In this document: positions 37,994 to 48,354 of the stretch, in pieces
Numbering within the stretch: the stretch's first letter is position 1
Layout of the letters: the number at the start of each line of letters is the position of its first letter
Assembly (NCBI GenBank): GCA_016839555.1
Contig: JAEOUA010000006.1
Coordinates: 187,982-251,981 of the forward strand
Direction: 5' to 3'
Length of the DNA stretch: 64,000 bases
From: Promethearchaeota archaeon
Lineage (GTDB): Archaea > Asgardarchaeota > Lokiarchaeia > Sigyniarchaeales > SOKP01
The notes under the pieces: generated by a model
Databases searched by the model: none
What the model was told of the DNA's origin: nothing
What the model saw: the letters and a program-made list of their open reading frames with translations, nothing else
Made by a program: the position numbers and the translations under genes

Positions 37994-39457
37994 ATGCAAG
38001 ATAAAGAAAAAATTATTCGGGAATTAAGCAAAGGATACGCTCCTCAAGGAGAAGGGGCAAAACCCCAAATCGCTAAAGTTTATGACCTTACATTTAAACC
38101 ACTTGTTAATAGTAAAAAGCTGGACTTTTTTTTTGAGTTATATGAGGAGAGTGATCCTATCCTAAAGGCATGGGCATTCTTAGGAATATATCAAATTTTA
38201 GAGAATAAATCTTATGAAACAGAAAAGACCTTAAATCTATTGCATGAAATTATCATTGATATATTAAATAAAGATCAAAATATTTCATTTTGGAGTGGAT
38301 CAATTAAAACGGAAACAACCTTACGGGAACATCATGCGAAACGGATAAGCTGGTTGGATCATTATTTTGTTTTCGAACCAGTCTTTGATTATTGTAAAGC
38401 TTCCATCGGGCAATTGGACAATGTGATCGGAGAATTATTAGAGGATGTCCTTTCTAAGAGATCCGACTCAAGGGTAGAAGACTTATTAATTGATCATGGG
38501 AAACAGGTAAGCAAATACAATTACGATGCAAAGCTGCATTTAATTAGGGCATTCGAGAATTTAAATCAATATTCAGAATTAAAAGAGAAACAACAGATCA
38601 CAGAGATTTTTAAGCAGTTCTTACATGGACTTAAAGAGGAATTAAAAGAATTACGTGAAATAGATACTGAAGATAAGAAAAAAAGGATTTTGAATGATGA
38701 AATTATACGAATTGCTGCAAAACTGGACCTTGATTTAGAGCAGGAAACACTTTTATTTATAGAACAATTAGATCGCCCATTTAATGCATTAAATCAAGTT
38801 GCTGAAAAATACAAAGATAATGAGCAATTCCGTTCTCTTTTATTAAAAAAAATAAAACAAACCAAGAATCGTTATTTTATTACAGATATCTTGCGAGCAT
38901 TCTTGGTAATTAAGGATAGAATCGGAAATTGGAAAGAAATGGTAATAGATTATGTGAAAAAGTATGAATTAAATGATGCTGATTTAATTATTGATTTAAA
39001 TAAAGCGGATCTGTTGAGTGAAGAGATGTTAGTTAATTATCTAAAAAAAGGAAGCCAGTGGCACCTCGAATTTATCCGCGAATTTTTAACCACCCATCCG
39101 GAAAAAATAAACGAATGGAAAGGGTTACGAAATGAACTTGTTTCAATTCTGCAAACTTTTAAGGATGATCAAGCTCAAGTAAGACCTGGTTCGTTATTTT
39201 ATGAAAAAAAGAAGTTAGCATTGCGATTAATCATCGATTTAAAATGGGATGAAATGATAGACTTCGCATTAAAGAATTTTGAAAAATTATCTGATGATGA
39301 ACTGATGAAAATTGCACTCTTCTCAGTTATTACTTCTAGAAACAAAAAACTTCTGGATGATTTACGAGCGTTAATGGATAAGGATGAGCAAACCAAAGCA
39401 TATGTCAAAAAATTCTGGAAATATCTTGAAGCTCGAGATTGGCAGTTTTTTTATTAA
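37994..39457 (+). CDS. Hypothetical all-helical protein (HEAT/ARM-like repeats possible)
   Basis: 487-aa ORF rich in Leu/Glu/Lys helical segments; no known motif recognised. Confidence 0.35.
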   Translation: MQDKEKIIRELSKGYAPQGEGAKPQIAKVYDLTFKPLVNSKKLDFFFELYEESDPILKAWAFLGIYQILENKSYETEKTLNLLHEIIIDILNKDQNISFWSGSIKTETTLREHHAKRISWLDHYFVFEPVFDYCKASIGQLDNVIGELLEDVLSKRSDSRVEDLLIDHGKQVSKYNYDAKLHLIRAFENLNQYSELKEKQQITEIFKQFLHGLKEELKELREIDTEDKKKRILNDEIIRIAAKLDLDLEQETLLFIEQLDRPFNALNQVAEKYKDNEQFRSLLLKKIKQTKNRYFITDILRAFLVIKDRIGNWKEMVIDYVKKYELNDADLIIDLNKADLLSEEMLVNYLKKGSQWHLEFIREFLTTHPEKINEWKGLRNELVSILQTFKDDQAQVRPGSLFYEKKKLALRLIIDLKWDEMIDFALKNFEKLSDDELMKIALFSVITSRNKKLLDDLRALMDKDEQTKAYVKKFWKYLEARDWQFFY

Positions 39458-39506
39458 ATATTCACAAATTTAAATTATATTCTATTGAGAAAAATAGATA
39501 CTAATT

Positions 39507-40454
39507 CTAATCATCAAGGGTGTCTATAAAATTCTCTAGAGAATATTTATATTGAAATCCTAATTTCTGCAATTTAGTAGTATCCGCTAGATTCCGTTTC
39601 AATTCATTAATCCCGGAATTTTTATATTCCGTTTTTGGTTCTTTTCCAAGTTTATGAGCAATCATCTCAACCAGCGTATTTACAGAATATTCTTTAGGAC
39701 CTGAGAGATTATATTCCTCATTAAAGCATGATTGATTTCCCAAAATCAGTCGAACTGCGCTACAAATATCATTTATATGCATAAAAGCTCGGGTTTGAGA
39801 GCCATCTCCAAAAATAGTAAGAGGCTCACTAGTCTTGATTTTGTTAATAATGATACTGATAATGTTGCTTTGTTCTTTTCCATACACAGAAAATGGTCTT
39901 ATAATTGTATAATTCAATCCGAATGTACCAAATACTTTTACCACTTCTTCACCCATGAGTTTAGTAAATCCATACAAATTTATGGGTTCTTTCGGAGTTT
40001 TATCATTAATAGGTAACTTATCAGGTTTCCCATAGATTTGTCCAGAAGAGAGGTGAATAAAATGGGATATGTTATTATCTAACGCTTTTTCAGCAATAAT
40101 TTTAGTTCCAAGGACATTCACAGTAAAATACTTATGATAATTCTCTCTTATCCCCTTGCGAACGCTAGTTAGTGCAGCACAATGTATTATATAATCTATT
40201 TTTTGGAAGTTTGGAAATATCCACCGCTTAGCTATAAAATTTTGCTCCCAAAACTCTAAATTCCCCAATGAATATCCTTGCTGCTCGAGTTTATGTTTCA
40301 GTTTCATAACTGTACTCTTTGAGCTTCCGTGTGCGATAATATTAAATTGATTATTCAAGAAATATCTGGTAAGCCAAGAACCGATATATCCCGTCGCTCC
40401 AGTAATTAAAATAGTTTTCTTTTTATTTTTCATGAGTGTAATAGTAAAAAACAA
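39507..40454 (-). CDS. NAD-dependent epimerase/dehydratase (extended SDR, UDP-sugar 4-epimerase-like)
   Basis: ILITGATGYIGSWL Rossmann motif and the YGFTKLMGE YxxxK motif. Confidence 0.8.
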   Translation of the reverse strand: MFFTITLMKNKKKTILITGATGYIGSWLTRYFLNNQFNIIAHGSSKSTVMKLKHKLEQQGYSLGNLEFWEQNFIAKRWIFPNFQKIDYIIHCAALTSVRKGIRENYHKYFTVNVLGTKIIAEKALDNNISHFIHLSSGQIYGKPDKLPINDKTPKEPINLYGFTKLMGEEVVKVFGTFGLNYTIIRPFSVYGKEQSNIISIIINKIKTSEPLTIFGDGSQTRAFMHINDICSAVRLILGNQSCFNEEYNLSGPKEYSVNTLVEMIAHKLGKEPKTEYKNSGINELKRNLADTTKLQKLGFQYKYSLENFIDTLDD

Positions 40455-40638
40455 CTATTTATATTAAGTTAAATAAATAACCATAAGTATTATTTCTTAA
40501 TTTTTTATTTTCTGCTACGATTGAATATTTAAAAAAAAAACTAAGCTATAAATTTCGGTCTCCAATAAATATTTATGTTCTATAAACTTTTTTTCATAAT
40601 AATTAAACAAAATTAGTTAGTATTCTTAACTATTAATT

Positions 40639-41226
40639 GTGAAAAAGATGAGAGCATTACTTTTAAATGGCACAATAGATACAAATCCAGAAATCGAGAA
40701 AATTCATAATATAGTTATAAATTTATTACGGCAAGCTCAGTTTCATGTGAATGACATACTCTTAAAAGAGAGAAATATTGCCCCTTGTCAAGGATGTTTT
40801 GATTGTTGGGTAAAAACGCCAGGGCAGTGTATAATTGATGATTATGGTCGGAAAATAACTGAACAATTGATACGCAATGAGTTAGTGGTTCATTTAAGCC
40901 CTATAACTTTTGGCGGATATTCTTCGGAATTAAAAAAAGTAATAGACAGGTCCATTCCTATAGTTTTACCTTTTTTTAGAAAATTTGAAGGAGAGATTCA
41001 TCATGAGCAACGTTATAAAGAGAGACCATCTCTAATTGTTATAGGGTATCAAGATAGTCAAAACTCGAAACAAGAAGAGACATTCAGAGAACTTGTCTAT
41101 AGAAATTCATTAAATATGGTACCCCTAATTTATAAAGCCTTAATTTATACGAAAAATCAAGATATATCTGGTTTTCAAACTGACTTTAAAAACATTTTGG
41201 AGGAGGTAAAAAGATATTATGAGTGA
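40639..41226 (+). CDS. Flavodoxin-like fold protein (NAD(P)H-dependent FMN reductase / iron-sulfur flavoprotein-like) with CX2CX2CX7C motif
   Basis: LLLNGT... fold signature. Cys cluster APCQGCFDCWVKTPGQC. Confidence 0.5.
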   Translation: MKKMRALLLNGTIDTNPEIEKIHNIVINLLRQAQFHVNDILLKERNIAPCQGCFDCWVKTPGQCIIDDYGRKITEQLIRNELVVHLSPITFGGYSSELKKVIDRSIPIVLPFFRKFEGEIHHEQRYKERPSLIVIGYQDSQNSKQEETFRELVYRNSLNMVPLIYKALIYTKNQDISGFQTDFKNILEEVKRYYE

Positions 41227-41899
41227 AAAAGGAAACGTACTTTTATTAGTGGGAAGTCCCAGAGCAAAAAAGAGCACATCCTCATCACTTGGTAAATATC
41301 TGTGCGAAAAGTTAGAGGAGGCAGGTCTTTCAATTGAATATGGTTATATTCACAGGTTAATGATGAGAAAAGAAAAGCAAGACCAATTTATCGAAATGGT
41401 CAATGACGCCTATATGATTATTCTATCATTTCCGCTCTACGTAGATCAATTACCAGCGCCAGTTATTAGAGCTATAGAGCTTTTATATAAAAATAAAGAA
41501 AAGATAGTAAAGTGCGAAGAGAAAAAGTTCCTTGCAATTTGTAATTGCGGTTTTCCTGAAGCTTCTCAAATTGATTTATCACTAGAGATATGCAATAATT
41601 TTTCAGATGCTATGAATTTTCAATGGAGAGGCGGAATTAAATTGGGAGGTGGAGAGGCTATTCACGGAAGGGATTTAAAAAAGATGGGGAGGATGGTTCG
41701 AAATCAAATGCAGGGATTAGACTTAGCTGCTGATGCATTATTAATCGATAAACCAATTCCTATGGAAGCTAAAGAGTTAATTTCTAAACCTATTATCCCT
41801 GCACGAATGTATAAAGTATTGGGCAATATTGGTTGGAGAATGCGAGCGATTAAAAATTGGAACTTTTTCAATTTGAAAGAGCAACCTTATAAAGATTGA
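41219..41899 (+). CDS. NADPH-dependent FMN reductase-like flavodoxin-fold protein
   Basis: VLLLVGSPRAKKSTSSSLGKYL N-terminal motif. Overlaps the upstream gene by 8 bp (operon). Confidence 0.5.
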   Translation: MSEKGNVLLLVGSPRAKKSTSSSLGKYLCEKLEEAGLSIEYGYIHRLMMRKEKQDQFIEMVNDAYMIILSFPLYVDQLPAPVIRAIELLYKNKEKIVKCEEKKFLAICNCGFPEASQIDLSLEICNNFSDAMNFQWRGGIKLGGGEAIHGRDLKKMGRMVRNQMQGLDLAADALLIDKPIPMEAKELISKPIIPARMYKVLGNIGWRMRAIKNWNFFNLKEQPYKD

Positions 41900-42024
41900 A
41901 TATAAAGAATATTTGACCTATAAAGTGCCAATAGATTTTCTCCTTATTTTGCTTATTTAAATATCACTATATAATTTCCATTTATTAATTTGAATCCATT
42001 TATTAATATTTGTGAGTTAAAAAA

Positions 42025-42774
42025 ATGGATTGTAAAAATTGTGGCAAATGCTGCATGGATGTCGATGCTATTTTGCTTTTACCATCAGATTATGAAAAAT
42101 TAACGAGAATCGATGAAAAAATTAAAGATAAAACACAAAAGGTTTCAGATATCTTCTATCTCATACCTAATGATCATAATATTTGTCCTTATTTTGATAT
42201 GAATTCAAAAAAATGTTCTATCCATAAATTCCGCCCAAAAGTGTGTAGAGCATATCCCTTTTCTTATCGAACGCCGAGTGCGGGTCCTTCTTCTTCAGCT
42301 GTCAATTCAGTTCCGATTAATCCTCAAAGCTTATATCTTACTCTTTGCGAGAGATTCTGGACTATCAATCAAGAAGATTATAATGAAGGCATTAAGGCCA
42401 TATTTCAATTAAGAAGAGAAAAGTTCAATTTGGGAATTTTATCAGAAAAAGGAACGGCTACTGAGAAAGAAAGAGAAATAAGAGCCTTTGAACAATCATT
42501 AGACGGAGAAACAAAACAAAAGAAGTTTCCCTTTGACTTATATCTATTTATGATAGAGCAAAATAAAATGTTATTTTTAATGTTTCTGAAGCTATTTGAC
42601 GCCTATTTTGATAATCCTGAAGAGCAAAAAGAAGAATATGAAGATTTTATTGAAAATTACATCGCAAAGTTTAAAGAGAATCCAAAAATACTCCAAAATG
42701 CTTTTGAAGAATTACAAAACCGATGGAAAAAGAATAAAAAGAGATCTTTTAAGTTCTCTCTTACTTTTTATTAA
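42025..42774 (+). CDS. YkgJ/UPF0153-family protein (putative Fe/Zn-chelating CxxCxxCC domain)
   Basis: N-terminal CKNCGKCC signature and downstream C...C pairs. Confidence 0.55.
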   Translation: MDCKNCGKCCMDVDAILLLPSDYEKLTRIDEKIKDKTQKVSDIFYLIPNDHNICPYFDMNSKKCSIHKFRPKVCRAYPFSYRTPSAGPSSSAVNSVPINPQSLYLTLCERFWTINQEDYNEGIKAIFQLRREKFNLGILSEKGTATEKEREIRAFEQSLDGETKQKKFPFDLYLFMIEQNKMLFLMFLKLFDAYFDNPEEQKEEYEDFIENYIAKFKENPKILQNAFEELQNRWKKNKKRSFKFSLTFY

Positions 42775-42810
42775 AAATAATTTTAAAAATAAAAATTAAT
42801 TTTTTTAATT

Positions 42811-44871
42811 ATGAGCGATCAAGAGTATGAATTCCAAGCAGAAATTAGAAAATTACTTGATATTTTAAGCAAGTCACTCTATAAACACAAAGAAATTTTC
42901 TTAAGAGAGTTAATAAGCAATGCGGTGGATGCGGTAAAAAAAGTTAAATTCATTTTATTAACAAATAGGGACATTGAAGATCCAGAACAAGAGCAACGAA
43001 TCGATATCTATTTTAATCCTGACAAGAATATTTTAACAGTGCGGGATTATGGAGTAGGAATGACAAAAATGGAATTAATAAACGACTTGGGTACTATTGC
43101 GGGTAGTGGTACTGAAAAGTTCATAAAAAAGCTGAAGGAAATGAGGGAAGAGGAGGAAGAAACGATCGATCTTGATATTATTGGGCAATTTGGGATCGGG
43201 TTTTATTCGATTTATATGGTTGCTAAAAATGTAAAAGTAAGGACAAAATCATATTTAAAGGAAGAAGAAGCTTATGAATGGGAATCCGATGGTACAGGGA
43301 AATTTAAAATAAGACCCATAGAAAAGGATAAGCGGGGAACTGATGTAATTCTCTATTTCCATGAAGAAGACAAAGAATATCTTAATAGATTTAGGATAGA
43401 GAATATTATAAACAAATATTCTACTTTTGTGCCGTTTCCAATCTATGTATATGAATTAGAAGAAGGGGAAATCCCCGAAAAAGGTAAGATTAAGGTTGAA
43501 GAAAAGGAAGGTGAAGAGAAGGAAGAAATTAAACCCATTAATAAGGTTGCTCCTTTATGGACAAAAAACAAGAATGAAATAACGGATGAAGAATATAAGG
43601 AGTTTTATCATTACGTTTCCAATCGCTATGATGACTATTTGCATGTGATTAATTATCAAGTGGGAGGACAAGTGCGTTTTCGCTCAATATTGTTCATTCC
43701 AGAATCACCCTCTCAAGAAATATTTCTACCAGAAACGGATTATGGATTATCTCTATATTCGAAAAATGTAATGATCATGAAGAATTGTAAGGAGTTAATC
43801 CCCCAGTGGATGAGATTCGTCAAAGGTATATTAGAATCAGATGATATCCCTTTAAATATTTCCCGAGAAACCATTCAAGCAAACCGTAAAATAATGAAAA
43901 TGAGTAATCTAATTGTTAAAAGAGTTATTCGAGAGTTAAAGGAAATCGCTGAAAAGGATGAAGAGAAATATCTAAAAATTTGGGAAAAATTTGGCCATTT
44001 TATCAAGGAAGGAGTTATTTCTGATGTTGCTCGAAAGGATAAACTAAAAGACCTTCTTAGAGTTAAAACTTCTAAAACAGAGAAAGAGGAATTAATTGGG
44101 CTTAAAGAGTATGTAGATCGAATGAAAGATGATCAAGAAGAGATATTTTATTTGGTAGGAGAGGATCTTGAAACAATGAAATTATCGCCACATTTAGGCT
44201 ATTACGAAAAAAATAATTTAGAGGTTATTTTATTGGATGAACCTATCGATAACTTTTTAATGATGAATATCAATGACTACAAAGTAACTATAGGCAAAGA
44301 AGAAAAGGGAGAAGGCGAGGAAGAGGCAGAAGAGGAAATCAAATACATTCAATTTTCACCAATAGATGTCACCGAACGGAAAAAAGAAAAAGAGGAGGAA
44401 GAAGAGGCGAAAGAGAAGAAAACAGAGGACAAAAAAGAGGAGCTTCCTGAAAATCTACAGAAATTTTTAAAATTTGTTGAAGATGTTTTAGAGGATAAAA
44501 TAATAGAAGCGAAAACATCTGATCGTTTATACGGAAGCGCATGCCGCTTAGCAAATCCCGCAGGAGGACCTACCTCGAGTCAACAGCGCGTGATACGTTA
44601 TTGGACCCAAACCCAGTCGGGAAAACGCTTTAATATCCCTAAAAAAATACTCGAATTCAATCCAGAGTATCCTACAGTGAAAAAATTAGTAGAATTACAT
44701 GAGAAAAACCCGGACAATAAGATCCTTAAACCGGTGATTATTCAGTTATTTGAAAATTGTCTGCTGGCCGAAGGAGATTTGCCAAATCCTTCTTCTATGG
44801 TGCCACGAATTAATCAGCTTATTAACTTTTTAATAGGCAAAGATAAAGATGTAGATACAACAGATTCTTAG
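42811..44871 (+). CDS. htpG: Hsp90-family chaperone HtpG with two Glu/Lys-rich insertions
   Basis: ELISNAVDA (GHKL N-box), NDLGTIAGSGT, IGQFGIGFYS and PLWTKNKNEITDEEYKEFY Hsp90 motifs. No C-terminal MEEVD. Confidence 0.9.
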   Translation: MSDQEYEFQAEIRKLLDILSKSLYKHKEIFLRELISNAVDAVKKVKFILLTNRDIEDPEQEQRIDIYFNPDKNILTVRDYGVGMTKMELINDLGTIAGSGTEKFIKKLKEMREEEEETIDLDIIGQFGIGFYSIYMVAKNVKVRTKSYLKEEEAYEWESDGTGKFKIRPIEKDKRGTDVILYFHEEDKEYLNRFRIENIINKYSTFVPFPIYVYELEEGEIPEKGKIKVEEKEGEEKEEIKPINKVAPLWTKNKNEITDEEYKEFYHYVSNRYDDYLHVINYQVGGQVRFRSILFIPESPSQEIFLPETDYGLSLYSKNVMIMKNCKELIPQWMRFVKGILESDDIPLNISRETIQANRKIMKMSNLIVKRVIRELKEIAEKDEEKYLKIWEKFGHFIKEGVISDVARKDKLKDLLRVKTSKTEKEELIGLKEYVDRMKDDQEEIFYLVGEDLETMKLSPHLGYYEKNNLEVILLDEPIDNFLMMNINDYKVTIGKEEKGEGEEEAEEEIKYIQFSPIDVTERKKEKEEEEEAKEKKTEDKKEELPENLQKFLKFVEDVLEDKIIEAKTSDRLYGSACRLANPAGGPTSSQQRVIRYWTQTQSGKRFNIPKKILEFNPEYPTVKKLVELHEKNPDNKILKPVIIQLFENCLLAEGDLPNPSSMVPRINQLINFLIGKDKDVDTTDS

Positions 44872-45008
44872 ACAACATTCTTTTATAATTATTAAAATGC
44901 AAAATATCAATATTTTTATTCATTTTAAAGACTAGTACCATTTAGTCAATATTTCTTGACAAAAGGTCAAGACATTTAGAAATAAATTGATTAATTCTTT
45001 TAATATAC

Positions 45009-45476
45009 TTGATAAAAATGAATGCAAGTGACATATTTGATAAAATTTCTCATCCAATGCGAATCAATATCCTGAAGGTGTTAGCTAAAAATCCTATGGG
45101 CTTTTCCGAGCTTAAAAGAACTTTTAATATTAGCAGTAGTGGACAATTAGATTTTCACCTCAAAAAGCTTGATGATCTTATAATGGTAAATGAAAATGGG
45201 AATTATGACCTAACGGAAAGTGGGTATTCCGCTCTCAAAATGTTGAAGATGATTCGAAGGCAAGGATGGCATAAACGATCCTTTCTTATTAATATAGTGG
45301 TTTATATTTTATTCAATAGTTATTTTCTATTTTTATCCTTTTACGGAGGAATTAACATGGAAATCCTAGTGATTTACCTTCCCTTTATTTTACCGATACA
45401 TACTGGATGGATTATTTTCTACACCTATTGGACGATTGTGAAACGACGAGTAGATTTTAACACTTATCAAGATTGA
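45009..45476 (+). CDS. ArsR-like winged-HTH regulator fused to C-terminal membrane segment
   Basis: HPMRINILKVLAKNPMGFSELKRTFNISSSGQLDFHLKKL wHTH, followed by two hydrophobic helices. Confidence 0.5.
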   Translation: MIKMNASDIFDKISHPMRINILKVLAKNPMGFSELKRTFNISSSGQLDFHLKKLDDLIMVNENGNYDLTESGYSALKMLKMIRRQGWHKRSFLINIVVYILFNSYFLFLSFYGGINMEILVIYLPFILPIHTGWIIFYTYWTIVKRRVDFNTYQD

Positions 45477-45618
45477 ATATTTTTCTTTTTTTTTAATAAT
45501 TGAGTTAATTCATGATAATGATATGAAGATATTTTAATATTTGAAGAAATATGTTTTACGCTAATATTAGAACACAGAATGTTTAAAAAAAAAATAAAAA
45601 AATAAAATATTTTTAAAA

Positions 45619-46911
45619 TTACCATATAAAAAATCCAAATAATTGCATCAATATACTTTGAGCAAACACCACGATGAGTAAAATATATTTTTCTCGCCGA
45701 GAGATTCTTTTCTCATTTAGAAATGCCGCTATAGGCAAAAGCAAGAAAATATAAATAAACATAGCACCCCTTGCTGTTTCTCCGTGATCATATGCACCCG
45801 TTAGGAAAATGAACACAATTGAAATGATTGCTGAGAGTGCAAACATATATATTGTAGAGGAGGTATCATTATTAGCCCTATTACTTCTTAACACGCGTAG
45901 ACCATAATACATAAGAACAATTAAGACAGGTCCAGAGAAAATAAGAATATCTAATATGTTTGAAGCTCTTGTAATTATATAGCTTAATGGAGAGGCGAAT
46001 GCGAAGCCTTGACTTTCAGAGGAGGATGTAATGAGAAAATTTTCGAGATAATTAAACCCAGATATGAGAAAAAATAATGTATAAATCAATAAAATGCTTG
46101 TACAAATGATAAACAATTTTGTGCAATTTATTATGTAGGTGATGAATTTATCCTTTCTTTTCATGGTCTTATTAGACTTATTAGTGAAATATGATTTAAG
46201 AATTTCAAAAATAAAAAGACAAATAAGGATAAAGCCCGCCATAAATGATACAAAGCTTGCTAGAAACCCGCATATCACACACCCTATTATACTTATTTTT
46301 GCATTTAGATTGATGTAGAAATAAAACACACCCAGAATTAAGGTAGTTATAATAGCATAGATGTTTGCTAAATAATATATTTGAATAGCGGGTAATAATA
46401 AATAGAGAAATGCCATATAATGGGATAATTCTTTGTTAAAAAAACGTTTAAAAATTCCATTAAGAAAATATATCGAAAAAGTAGATGATATAACACATAT
46501 AGCTATAGCAATAAGCCCAGGGTCTTTAAAGATTAGATATAGTAAATATATTATACTTACTGCTCCCGGAGGATGAGTCCGCGTATGAGTCCCAAGTGTG
46601 GTTTGTATATCATTATAATCGCTGATAAATTGAAATACATTCTCTATATTAAGCGCATCATTATATAGTCCACCCATTTCTCCTATTGATCCAGATATCC
46701 CAGCAGACCAGCCATTTATTAAATTCGAGCAAATAATAAGAATAATCCCTGAAATAGTGATAATCCATAGTTTGTTATATTTTTCATCTTTATAAATAAA
46801 ATATGTGATTAAAAAGAATAGAACCCCTGTTCCCATAAATACACTGAATTGAAGGATGTTTGGTATAGAAAAATATCCCCATATAGGCCAGATCCTAAAA
46901 TTGGTGGGCAT
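45619..46911 (-). CDS. Polytopic membrane protein, possibly GT-C-type glycosyltransferase (PMT/ArnT/DUF2079-like)
   Basis: 430 aa with at least 10 predicted TM helices and short loops; weak resemblance to GT-C glycosyltransferases only. Confidence 0.3.
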   Translation of the reverse strand: MPTNFRIWPIWGYFSIPNILQFSVFMGTGVLFFLITYFIYKDEKYNKLWIITISGIILIICSNLINGWSAGISGSIGEMGGLYNDALNIENVFQFISDYNDIQTTLGTHTRTHPPGAVSIIYLLYLIFKDPGLIAIAICVISSTFSIYFLNGIFKRFFNKELSHYMAFLYLLLPAIQIYYLANIYAIITTLILGVFYFYINLNAKISIIGCVICGFLASFVSFMAGFILICLFIFEILKSYFTNKSNKTMKRKDKFITYIINCTKLFIICTSILLIYTLFFLISGFNYLENFLITSSSESQGFAFASPLSYIITRASNILDILIFSGPVLIVLMYYGLRVLRSNRANNDTSSTIYMFALSAIISIVFIFLTGAYDHGETARGAMFIYIFLLLPIAAFLNEKRISRREKYILLIVVFAQSILMQLFGFFIW

Positions 46912-46977
46912 TGGAAATCTTCTTCCTATCGGGGGTACTCTAGCTAATTGATTATTTGGGGGTACTGGTATAGTTAA

Positions 46978-47232
46978 TTAAATTCCCAGAGGGAGCTTGG
47001 CTCTCATTTGATTTGCCACATTCACTCCAGCAAGAGGCACATTAAAAAGTACTGCAAGAAAATAGAAAAAACATATGAATCCAATGAGAGCAAATATAGC
47101 TAAAATGTAATTAAATATATTTTCAGAGCCGAAAAGCTTCATTAAATCTTCCGAATTAGAGTTATTAATATCTAAAATTTTAGATTTTTTATTATAATTT
47201 GTTTTATTTTCCATTTCTTTCAATTCATTCAT
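46978..47232 (-). CDS. Small single-TM protein
   Basis: 84 aa with one central hydrophobic helix; sits between the membrane protein and the ABC operon. Confidence 0.3.
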   Translation of the reverse strand: MNELKEMENKTNYNKKSKILDINNSNSEDLMKLFGSENIFNYILAIFALIGFICFFYFLAVLFNVPLAGVNVANQMRAKLPLGI

Positions 47233-47337
47233 CTTTTATACTCCATCTAAATAATCATAAAATGTTTATTCTAATTATTAACCAATTCCAAATTAAATAT
47301 TAAAAAAAATATAAAAAATAAAAAAACATAATAAAAT

Positions 47338-48318
47338 TTAAGATTCCATTCGTTCGAGCGATTCTTTGAACTTCTTGTTTCTTTTTACCCTCTTGATAAT
47401 GATATACGATACGACTGCCACTATAGCGATAATAATGATTCCTAAGATGAGCCAGACTATCCAGCGCATATTACTATAATCAGTGGTAATTCCATAGAAA
47501 GGCATATTATTTTCATCCAAGAAGATAATATAAGAGCTTAATCCCATCTCATCAAAACCTATCCTAACGGTATAGTTTGAAACCCCTTCCAAATCCAGAA
47601 TGAGCTCATTATTTCCCATCCTTACATCCTCATCATTGAAAAGATCTACAAGAATATATAAATAAAAATTAGCCGGAGTCGCGACCGCGCTTTGATTGAC
47701 AAAGAAATGAAATAAAAATTCTTCGGCAGTAAAGTTAGAGAGTTGGGGCGTATAAGGATTGGTGTCATTGTTAACATGCTCGACATAGGAATTATAATCA
47801 TCGAAAAATTTTTTTAAATACTGAGGATATTGGAAGACATAAAAGACTTGTGGTCTGCTTGTATCATCTTCAAATGCAGGGGTAGTATATATTTGATTTA
47901 CCACATACAAGCCAAAATAATTCTTATCAATATATGTCTTATTAAATTGGCTATTTAAGATTCCTAATTGCTTTCTTGGAATTAAGAAATAGGTAAATAT
48001 TTCTGATGCATTCCAAATATCATTGCTCCAGCTCCTTATTACAAATTCACCTGAGAGGCCGGGAAGTATTGAATAGTCTCCAAAATAGTTGTTTGGGAGA
48101 TATGAACTGCTTACTGTAGAGTTCCATGAATTATAATTGAATAGAGCGATTTTCTTTTCCACGCTAGTCTTTTCAAGGTTGCTTTCCGGTGTTAAAGTTA
48201 TAGGTTGCCCCATACCAGGACGAGGACCGCTTATTGAAAAGATAATCCCTGGAAGGAAAAAAAGCCCTATTAAAACGACAACTACAACAATTATTATGAT
48301 CTTCTTCTTTTTTTCCAT
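47338..48318 (-). CDS. Membrane-anchored extracytoplasmic protein (N-terminal signal/anchor, C-terminal TM + basic tail), ABC-2 accessory candidate
   Basis: Lys-rich N-terminus followed by a hydrophobic helix, an Asn/Tyr/Phe-rich middle, and the C-terminal helix IVWLILGIIIIAIVAVVSYIIIKRVKRNKK. Confidence 0.4.
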   Translation of the reverse strand: MEKKKKIIIIVVVVVLIGLFFLPGIIFSISGPRPGMGQPITLTPESNLEKTSVEKKIALFNYNSWNSTVSSSYLPNNYFGDYSILPGLSGEFVIRSWSNDIWNASEIFTYFLIPRKQLGILNSQFNKTYIDKNYFGLYVVNQIYTTPAFEDDTSRPQVFYVFQYPQYLKKFFDDYNSYVEHVNNDTNPYTPQLSNFTAEEFLFHFFVNQSAVATPANFYLYILVDLFNDEDVRMGNNELILDLEGVSNYTVRIGFDEMGLSSYIIFLDENNMPFYGITTDYSNMRWIVWLILGIIIIAIVAVVSYIIIKRVKRNKKFKESLERMES

Positions 48319-48354
48319 ATTTTTACCTCGTCAACTTTTTTTTAAGTTTTAATT

